Source: an uncultured delta proteobacterium (lineage in GTDB: Bacteria > Desulfobacterota > Binatia > Binatales > Binataceae). From it: a stretch of DNA of 64,000 bases. The notes below the pieces were generated by a model. The model had not been told where the DNA came from. It saw nothing but the letters and a program-made list of their open reading frames with translations, and made no database searches. The position numbers were made by a program, and so were the translations under genes. Of this stretch, positions 10,534 through 21,834 are shown piece after piece; position 1 is the stretch's first letter; each line of letters begins with the position of its first letter. The stretch lies in the NCBI GenBank assembly GCA_963808235.1, contig CAWEEQ010000004.1, forward strand, positions 928,001 through 992,000, given 5' to 3'.

Positions 10534-11739
10534 ATGTTTGCGCGGAGCGTCGCGGCAAGTCTCGCGATAGGGCTCTCGTTCGCAGTCTTCTTCGCAGTTT
10601 TCGGCTGTAAGAAAGCCGCGCCCGTGGCGGTGGCTCCGATGCCGGAAGTCGTGGTTACCGACGTTGTTCAACGCGACGTGCCGGTCTACTCGGATTGGGT
10701 GGGGACGACCCAGGGATTCGTAAATGCGGACATCTATCCGAAAATATCCGGCTACCTGCTGAAGCAAAACTACAAGGACGGCGATCACGTGCGCGCCGGC
10801 CAGCTGCTGTTTCAAATTGACGATCGCGAATACAAGGCGGCGCTTGACCAGGCGATCGGCGACCTCGGCCAGAAGCAGGCCGATTACAAGAAGAACAAAC
10901 AGGATCTCGACAAATACACACCCCTCTACCAGCAACAAGTGATCAGCAGGCAGGATTTCGATCACGTGAATCAATCGACACGCGCGAGTGCGGCCGGGGT
11001 GGCCTCCGCGCAGGCCGCGGTCGAGAGCGCGAAGCTCAACGAACAGTGGACCCAGGTGAATTCTCCTATCGATGGAATCGCGGGAATAGCGAAGACGCAG
11101 GTCGGAAACCTGGTCAGCCCGACGTCGCTGCTAACCACGGTCTCGCAAGTCGATCCGATCAAAGTCGAGTTTCCAATCAGCGAGCGGGAATACCTGCACT
11201 TCGCGGATAAAATCAATCGGCATGAGAAAGTAGGAGACCAGAAAACAGATCCGGACCTGGAAATGGTCCTTGCCGACGGCAGCACCTATAAGTATCGCGG
11301 TCGATTCTACGTCGCGAATCGGCAGGTCAATATCCAAACCGGCACCATCAAGATCCAGGGAGTCTTTCCGAATCCAGAAGACACTCTGCGCCCCGGACTG
11401 TATGCGAAAATTCGCTCGGCTACCGATGTGCAGAAAAACGCGGTGCTGGTGCCGCAGGCCGCGGTGCTCGAGACTCAAGGCCAGTACCAGGTCGCGGTGG
11501 TGGGACCCGACAACAAGGTCACTCTGCGAGCCGTAACAATCGGCAAGCAGGTGGGCGACCTCCGGATTGTCGATCAGGGAGTGTCGCCCGGCGAGCGCGT
11601 CATCACTGAGGGGTTGCAGAAAGTCTCGGACGGGATGGAAGTGAAGGCGCGAGAAGTGCCCGCGGAGCCCGCGGCCGCAGCGCCATCCTCGGCGGTGCAA
11701 GCGCCTTCGAACGCCGCGACTCCCGGCAGCCAGAGCTGA
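10534..11739 (+). CDS. RND efflux periplasmic adaptor (lipoprotein)
   Basis: Lipobox VFGC; SPIDG.AG, LRPGLY; overlaps the RND permease start. Confidence 0.9.
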   Translation: MFARSVAASLAIGLSFAVFFAVFGCKKAAPVAVAPMPEVVVTDVVQRDVPVYSDWVGTTQGFVNADIYPKISGYLLKQNYKDGDHVRAGQLLFQIDDREYKAALDQAIGDLGQKQADYKKNKQDLDKYTPLYQQQVISRQDFDHVNQSTRASAAGVASAQAAVESAKLNEQWTQVNSPIDGIAGIAKTQVGNLVSPTSLLTTVSQVDPIKVEFPISEREYLHFADKINRHEKVGDQKTDPDLEMVLADGSTYKYRGRFYVANRQVNIQTGTIKIQGVFPNPEDTLRPGLYAKIRSATDVQKNAVLVPQAAVLETQGQYQVAVVGPDNKVTLRAVTIGKQVGDLRIVDQGVSPGERVITEGLQKVSDGMEVKAREVPAEPAAAAPSSAVQAPSNAATPGSQS

Positions 11740-14700
11740 TGTCCAAGTTCTTCATCAACCGGCCGATCGTAGCGATCGTAATCGCGATTTTCTTCGTGAT
11801 AACCGGCGCCGTGATGATCCTGCGGCTGCCGGTCGCCCAGTTCCCCGAAATCGTGCCGCCCCAGATCCAGACCGTCGCGACATATACCGGCGCTGACGCC
11901 GTCACCGTCGAGCAGTCGGTCGCCACGCCGATCGAGGAGCAGGTGAACGGCGCAAAGAACATGATCTACATGCAGTCGATCAACGGCGACGACGGAACGA
12001 TGACGCTGGAGGTCAGCTTCGATGTCTCGACCGATGTCGATCTTGATCAGGTCCAGGTCCAGAATCGGCTTTCGCAGGCACTGTCGAGTCTGCCTGCTGA
12101 GGTCAGCAACTTCGGTCTGACTACCCAGCAGACCGTCGGGATCCCGCTGATGGTCTTTGCGATTACTTCTCCCAAGGCAACCTGGGATCAGAATTTTCTC
12201 TCCAATTATGTTGCAATCAATATTGAGGACGAGCTGGCGCGAATTCCCGGGATCGGGCAGGTGAAGGTCTTCGGGGCGTCGAGTTATGCGATGCGGATCT
12301 GGGTCGCCCCGGATACTCTGGCCAAACTTCAATTGACCGTCGCCGACATCGAGAACGCGATCTCTGCCCAAAACGTCGTCAACCCCGCCGGCACGCTGGG
12401 CGGAGAGCCCGCCCCCCCAGGACAACAGGAAACCTATACCGTGCGCGCCAAGGGGCGCCTGCTGAACGCGGAGGAATTCGGCAACATCATTTTGCGCGCA
12501 AACCCCGACGGCTCGCTGGTGCGGCTCAAGGACGTCGCTCGTATCGAACTCGGAGCGCAGAGCTACACGCAACAGGCCTACATGAACGGTTCTCCTTCCG
12601 CGCTACTGCTGCTGTTTCAGAACCCTGGCTCGAACGCGCTCAGCGCCGCCAACCGCGCAAAAGCGAAGATGCATGACCTGGCCAAAAAATTTCCGCAGGA
12701 CATGCAGGTCGCGCTGACTCTCGATACTACGGTTCCGGTGACGGAAGGTGCCCGCGAGATCATTAAAACCCTCCTCGAGGCGATCGCGCTGGTGACGCTG
12801 GTGGTGTTCATCTTCCTGCAAAGTTGGCGGGCGACCCTGATCCCGCTTCTCACAATCCCGGTCTCGCTGGTGGGAGCGTTCATGTTCTTCCCCGCGGTCG
12901 GGTTTTCGGTCAACACGCTCTCGCTGCTGGGGCTCGTGCTCGCGGTTGGCCTGGTGGTCGACGACGCGATCGTCGTGGTCGAAGCAATCGAGGCGAAAAT
13001 CGAACAGGGACGCTCGCCACGCGATGCGGCGCTGGAGGCGATGGATGAAGTTGGCGGAGCGTTGGTCGGGATCGCGCTTGTTCTGTCGGCGGTCTTCATC
13101 CCGGCCGGGTTCCTGGCCGGCATCACCGGCTCGCTCTATCGCCAGTTCGCGCTCACGATCGCATTCTCAGTGATCCTGTCGGCCTTCAACGCGCTCACGC
13201 TAAGCCCGGCCCTTGGCGCGCTCCTGCTCCGGCCGAAAAGCACGACACCGTCACGAAGCCCGCTCGCGCGCTTCTTCGGCGCATTCAACTCGGGGTTCGC
13301 GCGGGTGCAGAAGGGCTACGTGAGTATTTCCGGGTTGCTCATCCGACGGGTCGTGCTGGCGCTCGCAATCCTGGTTGGCTTCACGGTGCTGGCGGGCGGA
13401 CTAGGAAGAGTGCTGCCGCAATCGTTCTTGCCGGACGAAGACCAGGGCTGGTTCGTAATCAACTTGCAGCTGCCCGAAGCGGCGTCGCTTCAGCGCACCA
13501 ACGCGTTGATGAAGAAGATCGATGCGATCCTCAAGCAAGAGCCGGATATTCAATACAGCAACGAGATCGCCGGCTACAGTCTGCTTTCGCAAACCACCAG
13601 CACCCGCAGCGGCACCTACTTTTGTCTGCTGCAGCCGTATGATCGTCGGAGAACAGCTGCGCAGCAATGCGCGCAGATCGTCGCGCGATTGAACCAGAAG
13701 TTGTTTGCGTTGTCGGAGGCGCAGGTTTTTGCGTTCCTTCCGCCGGCGATTCCCGGCATCGGGCAGGCCAGCGGCGTCGATTTCTTCATACAGGATCGCG
13801 CCGGCAAGAGCGTCGACTACTTATGGCAAAATACCCAGAAGTTTCTCGCCGCGGCGAACAAACGCCCTGAATTCGCGCGGCTCAATCTCACCTTCAGTCC
13901 GGCGGGGCCGCAGATGTACGCCGCCGTCGACCATGACAAGGTCTTCAAACTCGGTGTCGCCATCGATGATGTGTATCGCGCGCTGCAGACTCTGCTCGGC
14001 GGCTTCTACGTGAACCAGTTCAACCGCTTCGGCCGGGTGTGGAAGGTGTTTGTCGAGGCGGAGCCGCAGTATCGAACCAGAGCCACCGACGTGGGGCAGT
14101 TCTACGTGCGCAATAAAAACGGTGGGATGGTGCCATTGTCTACGCTGGTCGATATGCGACGCGTGTTCGGCCCGGAGTATACGACGCGGTTCAACGAGTA
14201 TCGAAGCGTCGAGATTTTCGCCGCTCCTGCGCCCGGCTACAGCACCGGCCAGGCGATGAAAGCGGTGACGCAGGTCGCCGACCAGGTCTTGCCGCGCGAC
14301 ATGGGAACCGCGTGGAACGGCATCTCGTATCAGCAATCGGTCGCGCAAGGCGGCGCAGGAGTGTTTGCGTTGTCGCTACTGCTCGTCTTCCTGATTCTGG
14401 CCGCTCTCTACGAAAGTTGGTCGCTGCCGTTCAGCGTGCTGCTGAGCGTGCCGGTGGCAGTCTGTGGCGCGTTCTTCGGGCTATGGTCGCGTCACTACGA
14501 CAATGATGTCTACGCGCAGATCGGGCTCGTCATGTTGATCGGGCTGTCGGCCAAGAACGCCATCCTGATCGTCGAGTTCGCCAAGGCCGAGCTCGAGAAG
14601 GGCGAGTCGATCGTCGATGCCGCGCTGAACGGCGCGCGCTTGCGATTGCGCCCGATTCTGATGACCTCGTTCGCTTTCATCTTCGGCTTGATGCCGCTGT

Positions 14701-14936
14701 GGACGGCTCTGGGAGCGGGCGCGGTGGCGCGCCGCCTGATCGGCACGGTCACTATCGTGGGCACGGTGTTCGGCTGTGCCTTCGCGATTTTCCTGGTCCC
14801 GATGCTCTTTGTGATCGTCGAGCGGATTTCGCGATGGTGGAGCGGCGGGAAGCCGGAGGGCACAAAAGCGCCGGCCTCGGCGCCTGCGGATGCCTCCGTG
14901 TCCGCACCGGAACGCGCCGCGAGTGGCGGCGCTTGA
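11739..14936 (+). CDS. RND efflux permease (HAE1/AcrB family)
   Basis: [41 protein letters not shown]. Confidence 0.95.
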   Translation: MSKFFINRPIVAIVIAIFFVITGAVMILRLPVAQFPEIVPPQIQTVATYTGADAVTVEQSVATPIEEQVNGAKNMIYMQSINGDDGTMTLEVSFDVSTDVDLDQVQVQNRLSQALSSLPAEVSNFGLTTQQTVGIPLMVFAITSPKATWDQNFLSNYVAINIEDELARIPGIGQVKVFGASSYAMRIWVAPDTLAKLQLTVADIENAISAQNVVNPAGTLGGEPAPPGQQETYTVRAKGRLLNAEEFGNIILRANPDGSLVRLKDVARIELGAQSYTQQAYMNGSPSALLLLFQNPGSNALSAANRAKAKMHDLAKKFPQDMQVALTLDTTVPVTEGAREIIKTLLEAIALVTLVVFIFLQSWRATLIPLLTIPVSLVGAFMFFPAVGFSVNTLSLLGLVLAVGLVVDDAIVVVEAIEAKIEQGRSPRDAALEAMDEVGGALVGIALVLSAVFIPAGFLAGITGSLYRQFALTIAFSVILSAFNALTLSPALGALLLRPKSTTPSRSPLARFFGAFNSGFARVQKGYVSISGLLIRRVVLALAILVGFTVLAGGLGRVLPQSFLPDEDQGWFVINLQLPEAASLQRTNALMKKIDAILKQEPDIQYSNEIAGYSLLSQTTSTRSGTYFCLLQPYDRRRTAAQQCAQIVARLNQKLFALSEAQVFAFLPPAIPGIGQASGVDFFIQDRAGKSVDYLWQNTQKFLAAANKRPEFARLNLTFSPAGPQMYAAVDHDKVFKLGVAIDDVYRALQTLLGGFYVNQFNRFGRVWKVFVEAEPQYRTRATDVGQFYVRNKNGGMVPLSTLVDMRRVFGPEYTTRFNEYRSVEIFAAPAPGYSTGQAMKAVTQVADQVLPRDMGTAWNGISYQQSVAQGGAGVFALSLLLVFLILAALYESWSLPFSVLLSVPVAVCGAFFGLWSRHYDNDVYAQIGLVMLIGLSAKNAILIVEFAKAELEKGESIVDAALNGARLRLRPILMTSFAFIFGLMPLWTALGAGAVARRLIGTVTIVGTVFGCAFAIFLVPMLFVIVERISRWWSGGKPEGTKAPASAPADASVSAPERAASGGA

Positions 14937-14957
14937 AGATCACCTGCGTCGCGAGTC

Positions 14958-16277
14958 TTACTTGATTGTTCGCGCGGTTGCCTGGATGCGATCCATCCAG
15001 AACACGAGCCTGGGTGTGTAATCGTCGGGCAGGCAGTCACTGCAGATCTCTTCGGCGAGACGGGTCAGGTTCTCGAGCGCAATCTGCAGAGGCTCGGAGC
15101 GCACGAACCCCGGCGGCAAATGCATCAGGAGGTCGGACAATACGTTCAGCGCCGATGCCAGGTGGGCAAGAATCGTAGCGAGGACCCTTTCCTCTATGAC
15201 GAGCCGCGGCTGATAGAGCAGATCGTGAATCGTGCGCATCTCACCCAGAAAGATCAGGGCTGCGCTGTCCAGCCGCGCGCTGATTCCGGCCAGCGGAGCC
15301 CGCGCGTCGGACATCTCGGCGATTGACAGCACGTCCGAGATCACCATGTGCAGGTTGGTCTGGACGCGATCGAGTCGTTCTTCGAACGTGATCCGGTGAA
15401 TCTCGAGGACCAGTTCTTCCTGCCGATGCGAAACGAATTTCGCGACCACCGCGCCAAAAATAAGCAGTGCGCTGATAGCCTCCGCGATCGCGATCCCTCG
15501 CGCGATCCCAACCGGTACGATATCGCCATAGCCCAGGGAAGTGGCAGTTACGAAACTGAAATAAATCGCGGTTGCAAACCCCCTGAGGTCGGCGCCAACC
15601 GGGGATCCTGCTTCGACCAGCCCGCGTCCGCCCGCCACCATAACAAGCCAGTAGCCGAGGCCGCCCAGCACGATCATTCCTATCCAGACGAGGAATAACT
15701 GCAAAGTTGACTGTCGCTCGATCAGCTGTAGGAAGGACCTGTCCCACCCACGCATGCTCGACACGCGTGCGGGAACCCGGCCCATCTCGCCATCGGCTGA
15801 AACTGCCAGCGGAGGCCCCATCAGCATCGCCATTCGCGGTGCCGGCTCCGACCCCGCTTCTGCGACGCTCTCGGTTGGTTCTCCCGATTCCATCCAGTCG
15901 GCGATACCGGCGCGATAATCGCGGACGTTCCAGTAGCCGAGCTTGTGCAACTGATCCAACGCCTGGTCGCTCAGGTCGCAGGTCAGTTTTCCGCAATAGA
16001 CTACGATTTCGGCGGCGCGGTCGGGGAGGAGATCGGGCGCACGACTCGTTATCTCCTCAAGCGGGATGTTGAGTGCGCCGGGAATGTGCGCCGCCTTGAA
16101 GGACGCCGCGGGCAACACGTCCACGATAGTAAGCGAAGGATCGCCGAGTCGTCCGCGGAGTTCTTCGCGCGAGATCTCCTGCGCGTCCGCGGGGATATCG
16201 CCCTTGGCTTCAGAATTCACAATCTTGAAGGGCTGACCCATCTTAACAAAATAACCCTCAATTGAATCTTTGGCCAC
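14958..16277 (-). CDS. Rhodanese domain fused to a 2-TM potassium channel domain and a helical C-terminal domain
   Basis: IVDV...HIPGALNIP...VVYCGKLTC...GIADW (rhodanese); YFSFVTATSLGYGDIVP (pore helix and filter). Confidence 0.85.
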   Translation of the reverse strand: MAKDSIEGYFVKMGQPFKIVNSEAKGDIPADAQEISREELRGRLGDPSLTIVDVLPAASFKAAHIPGALNIPLEEITSRAPDLLPDRAAEIVVYCGKLTCDLSDQALDQLHKLGYWNVRDYRAGIADWMESGEPTESVAEAGSEPAPRMAMLMGPPLAVSADGEMGRVPARVSSMRGWDRSFLQLIERQSTLQLFLVWIGMIVLGGLGYWLVMVAGGRGLVEAGSPVGADLRGFATAIYFSFVTATSLGYGDIVPVGIARGIAIAEAISALLIFGAVVAKFVSHRQEELVLEIHRITFEERLDRVQTNLHMVISDVLSIAEMSDARAPLAGISARLDSAALIFLGEMRTIHDLLYQPRLVIEERVLATILAHLASALNVLSDLLMHLPPGFVRSEPLQIALENLTRLAEEICSDCLPDDYTPRLVFWMDRIQATARTIK

Positions 16278-16384
16278 TGCGGAAAATCAGCGCATTTTCG
16301 TTCTCAAAAGGAGTCCGCTTCGATCAATCCAGGGCGATTGTGCTATGCGAGATTGATCCGCAAGGAGCGTGAGGGAGACCGGCA

Positions 16385-17152
16385 ATGCCAGCTTTATCCG
16401 CGATCGTGGAGCAACTCATCGATGGTCCGGGATACATTCTGATCCCAAGCCTGATGCACGCGTCCGATGCGGCCGAGGCGCGCTCACGCGCGTTGGAAGT
16501 CGCGGCCTCGCCGTCCGCTTCCACGTTTGGCAGGCGCAATGAAAGAACCGGGCAGCAACACGTTCGCGGACTGCTGGGGCACGGCGAGATTTTCGAGCGG
16601 ATCGTGCAGCATCCGACGCTTATCGAAATCGCCGAAGCGATGCTGGGCGACGACATGACGCTCGGCGCTTACTCCGCGCGGATTTTGCATCCGGGAGCGG
16701 TCGAGATGGGCGTTCATATCGACTACCCATACTGGGCGATGCGTGGGCCGTTTACATTGCGCCCGCCCATGATGGTTCAGGTGATCTGGATGCTGCAGGA
16801 TTTCACCGAGCGCAACGGCGCGACGCTGGTTGCGCCGAAGAGCCAATTGCGATGCGCGCGACCCAATGCCGAGGAGTTCGCGCGCGAGGCGATCAAAGTC
16901 ACCGGCGGCGCCGGCGATGCGATCATCTCGCACGGGCTGCTGTGGCACGACACTTCGCAAAATCACACCGCGGTGCCGCGCGTGGCCCTTTTGATCAACT
17001 ATGGTCTGAAGGTGATTCGGCCGCTCGATTCGGAAATAGCGAGAGTTCCACCTGGTGTAATGGAACGCGCGACGCCGAAACTTCGCCAGTTGCTGGGATT
17101 GGAATTCGCGAACTCACTCGCACGCGATCTCACGCGGCAGAAGCTTTACTGA
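16385..17152 (+). CDS. Phytanoyl-CoA dioxygenase (PhyH) family Fe/2OG enzyme
   Basis: HID...LWH facial triad; W.L.DFT..NGAT motif. Confidence 0.85.
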   Translation: MPALSAIVEQLIDGPGYILIPSLMHASDAAEARSRALEVAASPSASTFGRRNERTGQQHVRGLLGHGEIFERIVQHPTLIEIAEAMLGDDMTLGAYSARILHPGAVEMGVHIDYPYWAMRGPFTLRPPMMVQVIWMLQDFTERNGATLVAPKSQLRCARPNAEEFAREAIKVTGGAGDAIISHGLLWHDTSQNHTAVPRVALLINYGLKVIRPLDSEIARVPPGVMERATPKLRQLLGLEFANSLARDLTRQKLY

Positions 17153-17203
17153 ATCGACCACCCAGACGCGGCGCAATTCGCAACCGCGAATTGAGGGAGG
17201 AGC

Positions 17204-18004
17204 ATGATCCTAGACTGGATCTACAACAACCCGACCTGGCTCTGGGGCACGATCCTGGTTGCGCTCTTCACCGCGCTCTCATGCGCCGGACTGCTCGTCT
17301 TTCATCGCCTGGTGCACGTCAGCGTACGCAGGGCGCACAACGATCTGGCCGGCTTCACCATTGCTGTTATCGGAGTGCTATACGCGGTTCTGCTCGCTTT
17401 CATCGCGATCGCTACGTGGGAATCGTTCAGCAAGGCGTCCGATATCGTCGAAGACGAGTCAGACTATGCCGGCGGAATTTACCTCGATACCCAGGGCTTG
17501 CCGCAGGCCAAGGGCCAGCCGATCCGCGACGCTGTTGCGCGCTATGTCAGCGTTGTCATCAACGACGAATGGCCGCTCCAGCGGGCTGGCAAGACACCCG
17601 GACAGGGATGGAAACCGCTGCGCGATCTCGATATGGCGATCGCATCCATCCAACCCCAGAATCTTGGTGAAGCGGTGATCCAGGCCGAGTTGCTCAAGAC
17701 CTGGAACCTGCTCTACGTGACGCGCAGCAGCCGCCTCTCCGCTGTCCAGGGACACGTTCCCGGCGTGGTCTGGTGGATCGTATTCTTCGGCGCGGCGATC
17801 ACCACCGGCTTCACCTACTTTTTCGGCTACCAGAACTTTGGGATGCATCTGGCGATGACCGGCACACTAGCGGCCACGCTCGCGCTGGTCGTGGTGCTGA
17901 TAGTCGCGCTTGACTGGCCGTTCCGCGGCGAGATCAGTGTCACTCCCGATCCTTTCATCATGACTCAACAATCATGGTCCGAAGTGCCGTCCGGCAAGCA
18001 ATAG
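17204..18004 (+). CDS. DUF4239-type membrane protein
   Basis: IGVLYAVLLAF, LDWPFRGEISV motifs, about 4 TM segments; RBS GGAGG. Confidence 0.75.
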   Translation: MILDWIYNNPTWLWGTILVALFTALSCAGLLVFHRLVHVSVRRAHNDLAGFTIAVIGVLYAVLLAFIAIATWESFSKASDIVEDESDYAGGIYLDTQGLPQAKGQPIRDAVARYVSVVINDEWPLQRAGKTPGQGWKPLRDLDMAIASIQPQNLGEAVIQAELLKTWNLLYVTRSSRLSAVQGHVPGVVWWIVFFGAAITTGFTYFFGYQNFGMHLAMTGTLAATLALVVVLIVALDWPFRGEISVTPDPFIMTQQSWSEVPSGKQ

Positions 18005-18010
18005 GAGGTT

Positions 18011-18850
18011 ATGATCATGGCGACCGATTACAGCGATTATGAATTTCTGAAAGTTGAAGTAGCGGAGCGGGTCGCGACGATCACGATCAACCGGCCCGAC
18101 TCGCTGAACGCTGTCAACGCCGTGGTGCATCACGAGTTGGAGCAAATCTGGATCGACGTTCGCGCCGATCGCGAGATCAATGCGATCATCCTGACCGGCG
18201 CGGGCCGCGCTTTCTGCGCCGGCGGCGACGTCAAAGGCATGGCCGGTGGAAACCTGGTCGCGGGTGCGCCCCAGAAGGGAAAAGGCCGCGGACGCGGCCC
18301 GATCGCCGCCTCCAACGGGCGCCGCCTGGTCGACAATTTTCTCGACGTCGAGCAACCCGTCATCGGCGCAATCAATGGCGACGCGATCGGTCTCGGCGCG
18401 ACGCTCGCGCTGCTATGCGACATTATCGTGGTGTCGGAGAAGGCCCGCTTTGCAGGTACGCACGTCAAGGTGGGAATCGTCGCCGGCGACGGCGGCGCGG
18501 TCATCTGGCCGCTGCTGATCGGGCCGCATCGCGCCAAGGAATTTTTGATGCGCGGCAATTTCATCAGTGGCGCCGAGGCCGGCCGCATCGGGATGGTGAA
18601 CTATGCGGTTGCGCCGGAGCAGGTGATGCCCAAGGCGCGGGAGCTCGCGCAGGAACTGGCCGACGGCCCGACGCTGGCGATTCGATGGAGCAAGCTTGCG
18701 GTCAACAAGTGGCTCAAGCAGCAGTCCAACTTGATCATGGACGCCTCGCTCGCCTACGAGATGATGACCTTCAACACCAAGGATCATCAGGAGGCGATCA
18801 AGGCCTTCGTCGAAAAGCGCAAGCCCGATTTCGTCGGGCACAAGGAGTAA
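18011..18850 (+). CDS. Enoyl-CoA hydratase/isomerase family protein
   Basis: TINRPDSLNA, AFCAGGDV, AINGDAIGLG, AFVEKRKP. Confidence 0.9.
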   Translation: MIMATDYSDYEFLKVEVAERVATITINRPDSLNAVNAVVHHELEQIWIDVRADREINAIILTGAGRAFCAGGDVKGMAGGNLVAGAPQKGKGRGRGPIAASNGRRLVDNFLDVEQPVIGAINGDAIGLGATLALLCDIIVVSEKARFAGTHVKVGIVAGDGGAVIWPLLIGPHRAKEFLMRGNFISGAEAGRIGMVNYAVAPEQVMPKARELAQELADGPTLAIRWSKLAVNKWLKQQSNLIMDASLAYEMMTFNTKDHQEAIKAFVEKRKPDFVGHKE

Positions 18851-18853
18851 GGT

Positions 18854-19261
18854 TCAGCCGGGCGTCTTCTCGAACTTCGGGAGATCGTCGCGGACCGGCG
18901 CCCACGGCGGCGCGCTCTTCATATACACCTGTATCATCGGCTTGAACTGCGCGGGATCGTCGAGGCTGGCCGCCTTCAACGCGATGAAGTCCGCCATCGC
19001 GCCGATCAACGAAACAATCGGCGAGCCGCAGTTCGGACAAAATCCGCGGCTGATGGTGTTCCCGCTATCGCCCTTTACTTCGTAATGCTTCAGCTCGCCG
19101 CTTAGCTTCAATGCCGTCTTCGGAACGATCAGCACCGAGGCCATCGCGGTGCCCGTCGAGTGCTGGCAGTCTCTGCAATAGCAGTTGGCCGACATGATCG
19201 GATCGGCCGAGCATTCGTATCGAACGCGGCCGCACGCGCAGCCGCCTGTCACTGATGCCAT
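18854..19261 (-). CDS. GFA/CENP-V family zinc protein
   Basis: GGCACG, CYCRDCQ, FCPNCGS; start MASVTGG with GGAGG. Confidence 0.88.
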   Translation of the reverse strand: MASVTGGCACGRVRYECSADPIMSANCYCRDCQHSTGTAMASVLIVPKTALKLSGELKHYEVKGDSGNTISRGFCPNCGSPIVSLIGAMADFIALKAASLDDPAQFKPMIQVYMKSAPPWAPVRDDLPKFEKTPG

Positions 19262-19413
19262 CGAGTTGTCCTCCTGTGTCGCTATCCACAATCCCGCAAC
19301 GGTAACCCGAGGATCAAGGAAAAGCCGGCTCGTCGCTATCGTCCAAAAAGACGATGCCGCTCCTGGATCCTGTTGCCAGCATGGAACGACGGCTAATTGC
19401 CGGAGGGCAGGGC

Positions 19414-20484
19414 ATGGCGCTGACACATAAGATTGCGGCATCGCCGATCTCGGATCGTTACGCGCGCGGATGGCACTGCCTTGGCCTCGTTGCAGACTAC
19501 AAGGATGGCAAGCCGCACACGCTCAACGCTTTCGGCAGCCGCCTGGTCGCCTACCTGGGCGAGGACGGACAGGTTCACGTTCTCGACGGTTACTGCCCGC
19601 ACATGGGCGCCGATCTCAGCCGCGGCCAGGTGCGCGGCAACTCTGTGGTGTGCCCGTTCCATGCATGGAGCTGGGGCAGTGACGGCAAGTGCAACAACAT
19701 TCCCTATGCGAAACGGATCCCGCCCAAGGCGCGCGTGAAGGCATGGCCGACTTGCGAGCAGAACAAGCTGCTGTTCGTCTGGAACGATCCTGAAGACGCG
19801 CCGCCGGCCGATGAGGTCTCAATCCCGCGCATCGACGCCTGCTTCTCCAAGGAGTGGAGCGACTGGGTGATCGAGAAGTGGACGATCAATACCAACTGCC
19901 GGGAGCTTATCGACAACGTCGCCGACATGGCGCACTTCCCGGTCGTCCACGGCGCTCCGGTCGATTACTTCGCCAACGTATTTCAGGCGCACAAGGCGAC
20001 GCAGATAATGATCGGCAAGGGTACGCAGGGGAATAAGGGGAGCCTTGCGACCTGCGCGACCTACTTCGGCCCGGCCTATCAGATCACCGAGATGAAAGGC
20101 GAGATGGGTGGGTTTCCGATCGATTCCATCCTGCTCAACTGCCACGTTCCAGTCCATCTGAAGTCCTTCGATCTTCGCTTCGGGATGATTGTACGAAAGA
20201 TGGAAGGGTTGAGCGACGAGATGTCTCAGCAAATCGTCGGCGCTTACATTAAGGGCATCCAGCAGGGCTTCTACCAGGACGTCGCAATCTGGGATAACAA
20301 GGTCCGCATCGACAATCCCCTGCTATGCGATGGCGACGGGCCCATCTATAAGCTGCGCAAATGGTATCGGCAGTTCTACCTCGATGCCGCTGAGGTCCCC
20401 GAAGAAGTTCGCAAGCGCCAGGTAGTCGAGCTAAACGCCGGCCTTCCCGATCCGCCACCGACACATCACGTGTTCGAAGACTAG
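19414..20484 (+). CDS. kshA: Rieske oxygenase, 3-ketosteroid 9alpha-hydroxylase oxygenase subunit-like
   Basis: RYARGWHCLG, CPHMG/CPFHAW Rieske motifs, DNVADMAHF..VH, DVAIW.NK.RIDNPLLC..DGP.Y.LRKWY.QFY. Confidence 0.85.
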   Translation: MALTHKIAASPISDRYARGWHCLGLVADYKDGKPHTLNAFGSRLVAYLGEDGQVHVLDGYCPHMGADLSRGQVRGNSVVCPFHAWSWGSDGKCNNIPYAKRIPPKARVKAWPTCEQNKLLFVWNDPEDAPPADEVSIPRIDACFSKEWSDWVIEKWTINTNCRELIDNVADMAHFPVVHGAPVDYFANVFQAHKATQIMIGKGTQGNKGSLATCATYFGPAYQITEMKGEMGGFPIDSILLNCHVPVHLKSFDLRFGMIVRKMEGLSDEMSQQIVGAYIKGIQQGFYQDVAIWDNKVRIDNPLLCDGDGPIYKLRKWYRQFYLDAAEVPEEVRKRQVVELNAGLPDPPPTHHVFED

Positions 20485-20495
20485 CTCCTCTCCTT

Positions 20496-20552
20496 ACCTC
20501 GCCCGTTTAACGGGAGAGGACGCCGACCGCCTTGGCGGTCGGTAGGTGAGGT
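20496..20552. repeat. REP-like double-hairpin intergenic element
   Basis: CCTCGCCCG-tttaa-CGGGAGAGG followed by CCGACCGCC-tt-GGCGGTCGG and GGTGAGG. Confidence 0.5.
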
Positions 20553-20632
20553 TCTGCGCACCAGCGAGGCGCGCGCTTTCCATCGTTCTTCCGTCCCCAT
20601 CGCATATCGCAGTTATCGACGCCTTGGCGTAG

Positions 20633-21820
20633 ATGTCATGGATGCGCAAACTGGCTCAGCGCGAGCGGAGCGATTCGTCTTCCAACGGCGCGCTCTCGTT
20701 GTCGCTCGCCGATTTCAGCGAACTGCTCGCCGCGATCTACGAGGGCCCGCTCGAAACGGTGCCGTGGAAAAGCGCGCTCGATCTTCTCCGGCGTCATCTG
20801 CGTGCCAGCTACGTCACGCTCATGCTGCGGCCACCCTCCGCCGATCGAGAGGCGCTGATGGTGAACTCGTCAGGGGATCTGCCGGTCACTCGCGAAGCTG
20901 AATACAACAAGCACTACTATGCGCTCGATCCCTTCGTCGATTTGCCGCAGGACCGCGTCGTCACGGTGAATGAACTGATCGGTGACGCGAACTGGCGCGA
21001 GAGCGAGTTCTACAAGCAGTTCTTGAAGCCGCTCGACATCCTTCATGCCCTCGGCGCGGACATCCGCACCGAAGACGGTGTCGAATGCCGGCTTCGCATC
21101 GCCCGGCCCCATCGCGAGCCCCCATTCTCGAGCAACGACAAGCTGCTATGCACGGTGATTCTGCCGCATCTGAAGCGCGCGGTGCGTCTGCATTCGCAAC
21201 TCGAACTTATCGATTCCGAACGTCGCCTCTATGCGGGTACCGTCGATCGCATGCTCGTCGGCACGGTTACGCTCGACGAGACCGGCCGAGTCGTGAAGAG
21301 TAACCCGGTCGCCGACAACATCTTGCGCGAAGGCGACGGGCTGCACCTTGCGGGTGGCGTGCTCCGCGCCGACCTTGCCGCGGAAAATCGCGAACTGAAT
21401 CGGCTGGTGAAGCAGGCCCTCAACGGAGAGAGCGGAGGCAGGCCGGCCGTCGTCGAGGCTATCTCGATCACTCGCAAATCGGCTCGCGGCAAGCTTGGTG
21501 TGCTGATTCGGAGCCTGCCGCACACCGGCTGGTCGAAGGGCAAGCGCGTGCCCTCGGTTGCGCTTTTCATTCGTGACACGGCGCGCAAGTCGGAAGCTTC
21601 CGGCGAGATGGTTCGCCGATTGTTCGATCTCACTCCGGCCGAAGCGTCGCTTGCGCTGGCTCTCGCCAATGGACTCACTCTCGACGAGGCCGCCGATCAA
21701 CTCCACATCCGCAAGAACACGGCCCGCGCCCATCTGCGCGCGATATTCTCGAAGATCGGCGTGACGCGACAGACCACGCTGGTCCGCGTGCTGCTCAGCA
21801 GCGTCGTCTGGCTCGGCTGA
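20633..21820 (+). CDS. LuxR-type C-terminal HTH regulator with GAF/PAS-like N-terminal region
   Basis: FDLTPAEA.LA..LANG...TARAHLRAIFSKIGV.RQ..LV. Confidence 0.88.
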   Translation: MSWMRKLAQRERSDSSSNGALSLSLADFSELLAAIYEGPLETVPWKSALDLLRRHLRASYVTLMLRPPSADREALMVNSSGDLPVTREAEYNKHYYALDPFVDLPQDRVVTVNELIGDANWRESEFYKQFLKPLDILHALGADIRTEDGVECRLRIARPHREPPFSSNDKLLCTVILPHLKRAVRLHSQLELIDSERRLYAGTVDRMLVGTVTLDETGRVVKSNPVADNILREGDGLHLAGGVLRADLAAENRELNRLVKQALNGESGGRPAVVEAISITRKSARGKLGVLIRSLPHTGWSKGKRVPSVALFIRDTARKSEASGEMVRRLFDLTPAEASLALALANGLTLDEAADQLHIRKNTARAHLRAIFSKIGVTRQTTLVRVLLSSVVWLG

Positions 21821-21834
21821 TCGCGTTTAGTGCT

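Noticed and set aside
10534-14936. RND pump lacking an outer-membrane factor gene
   Set aside because: This is a common arrangement; the OMF is often encoded elsewhere.
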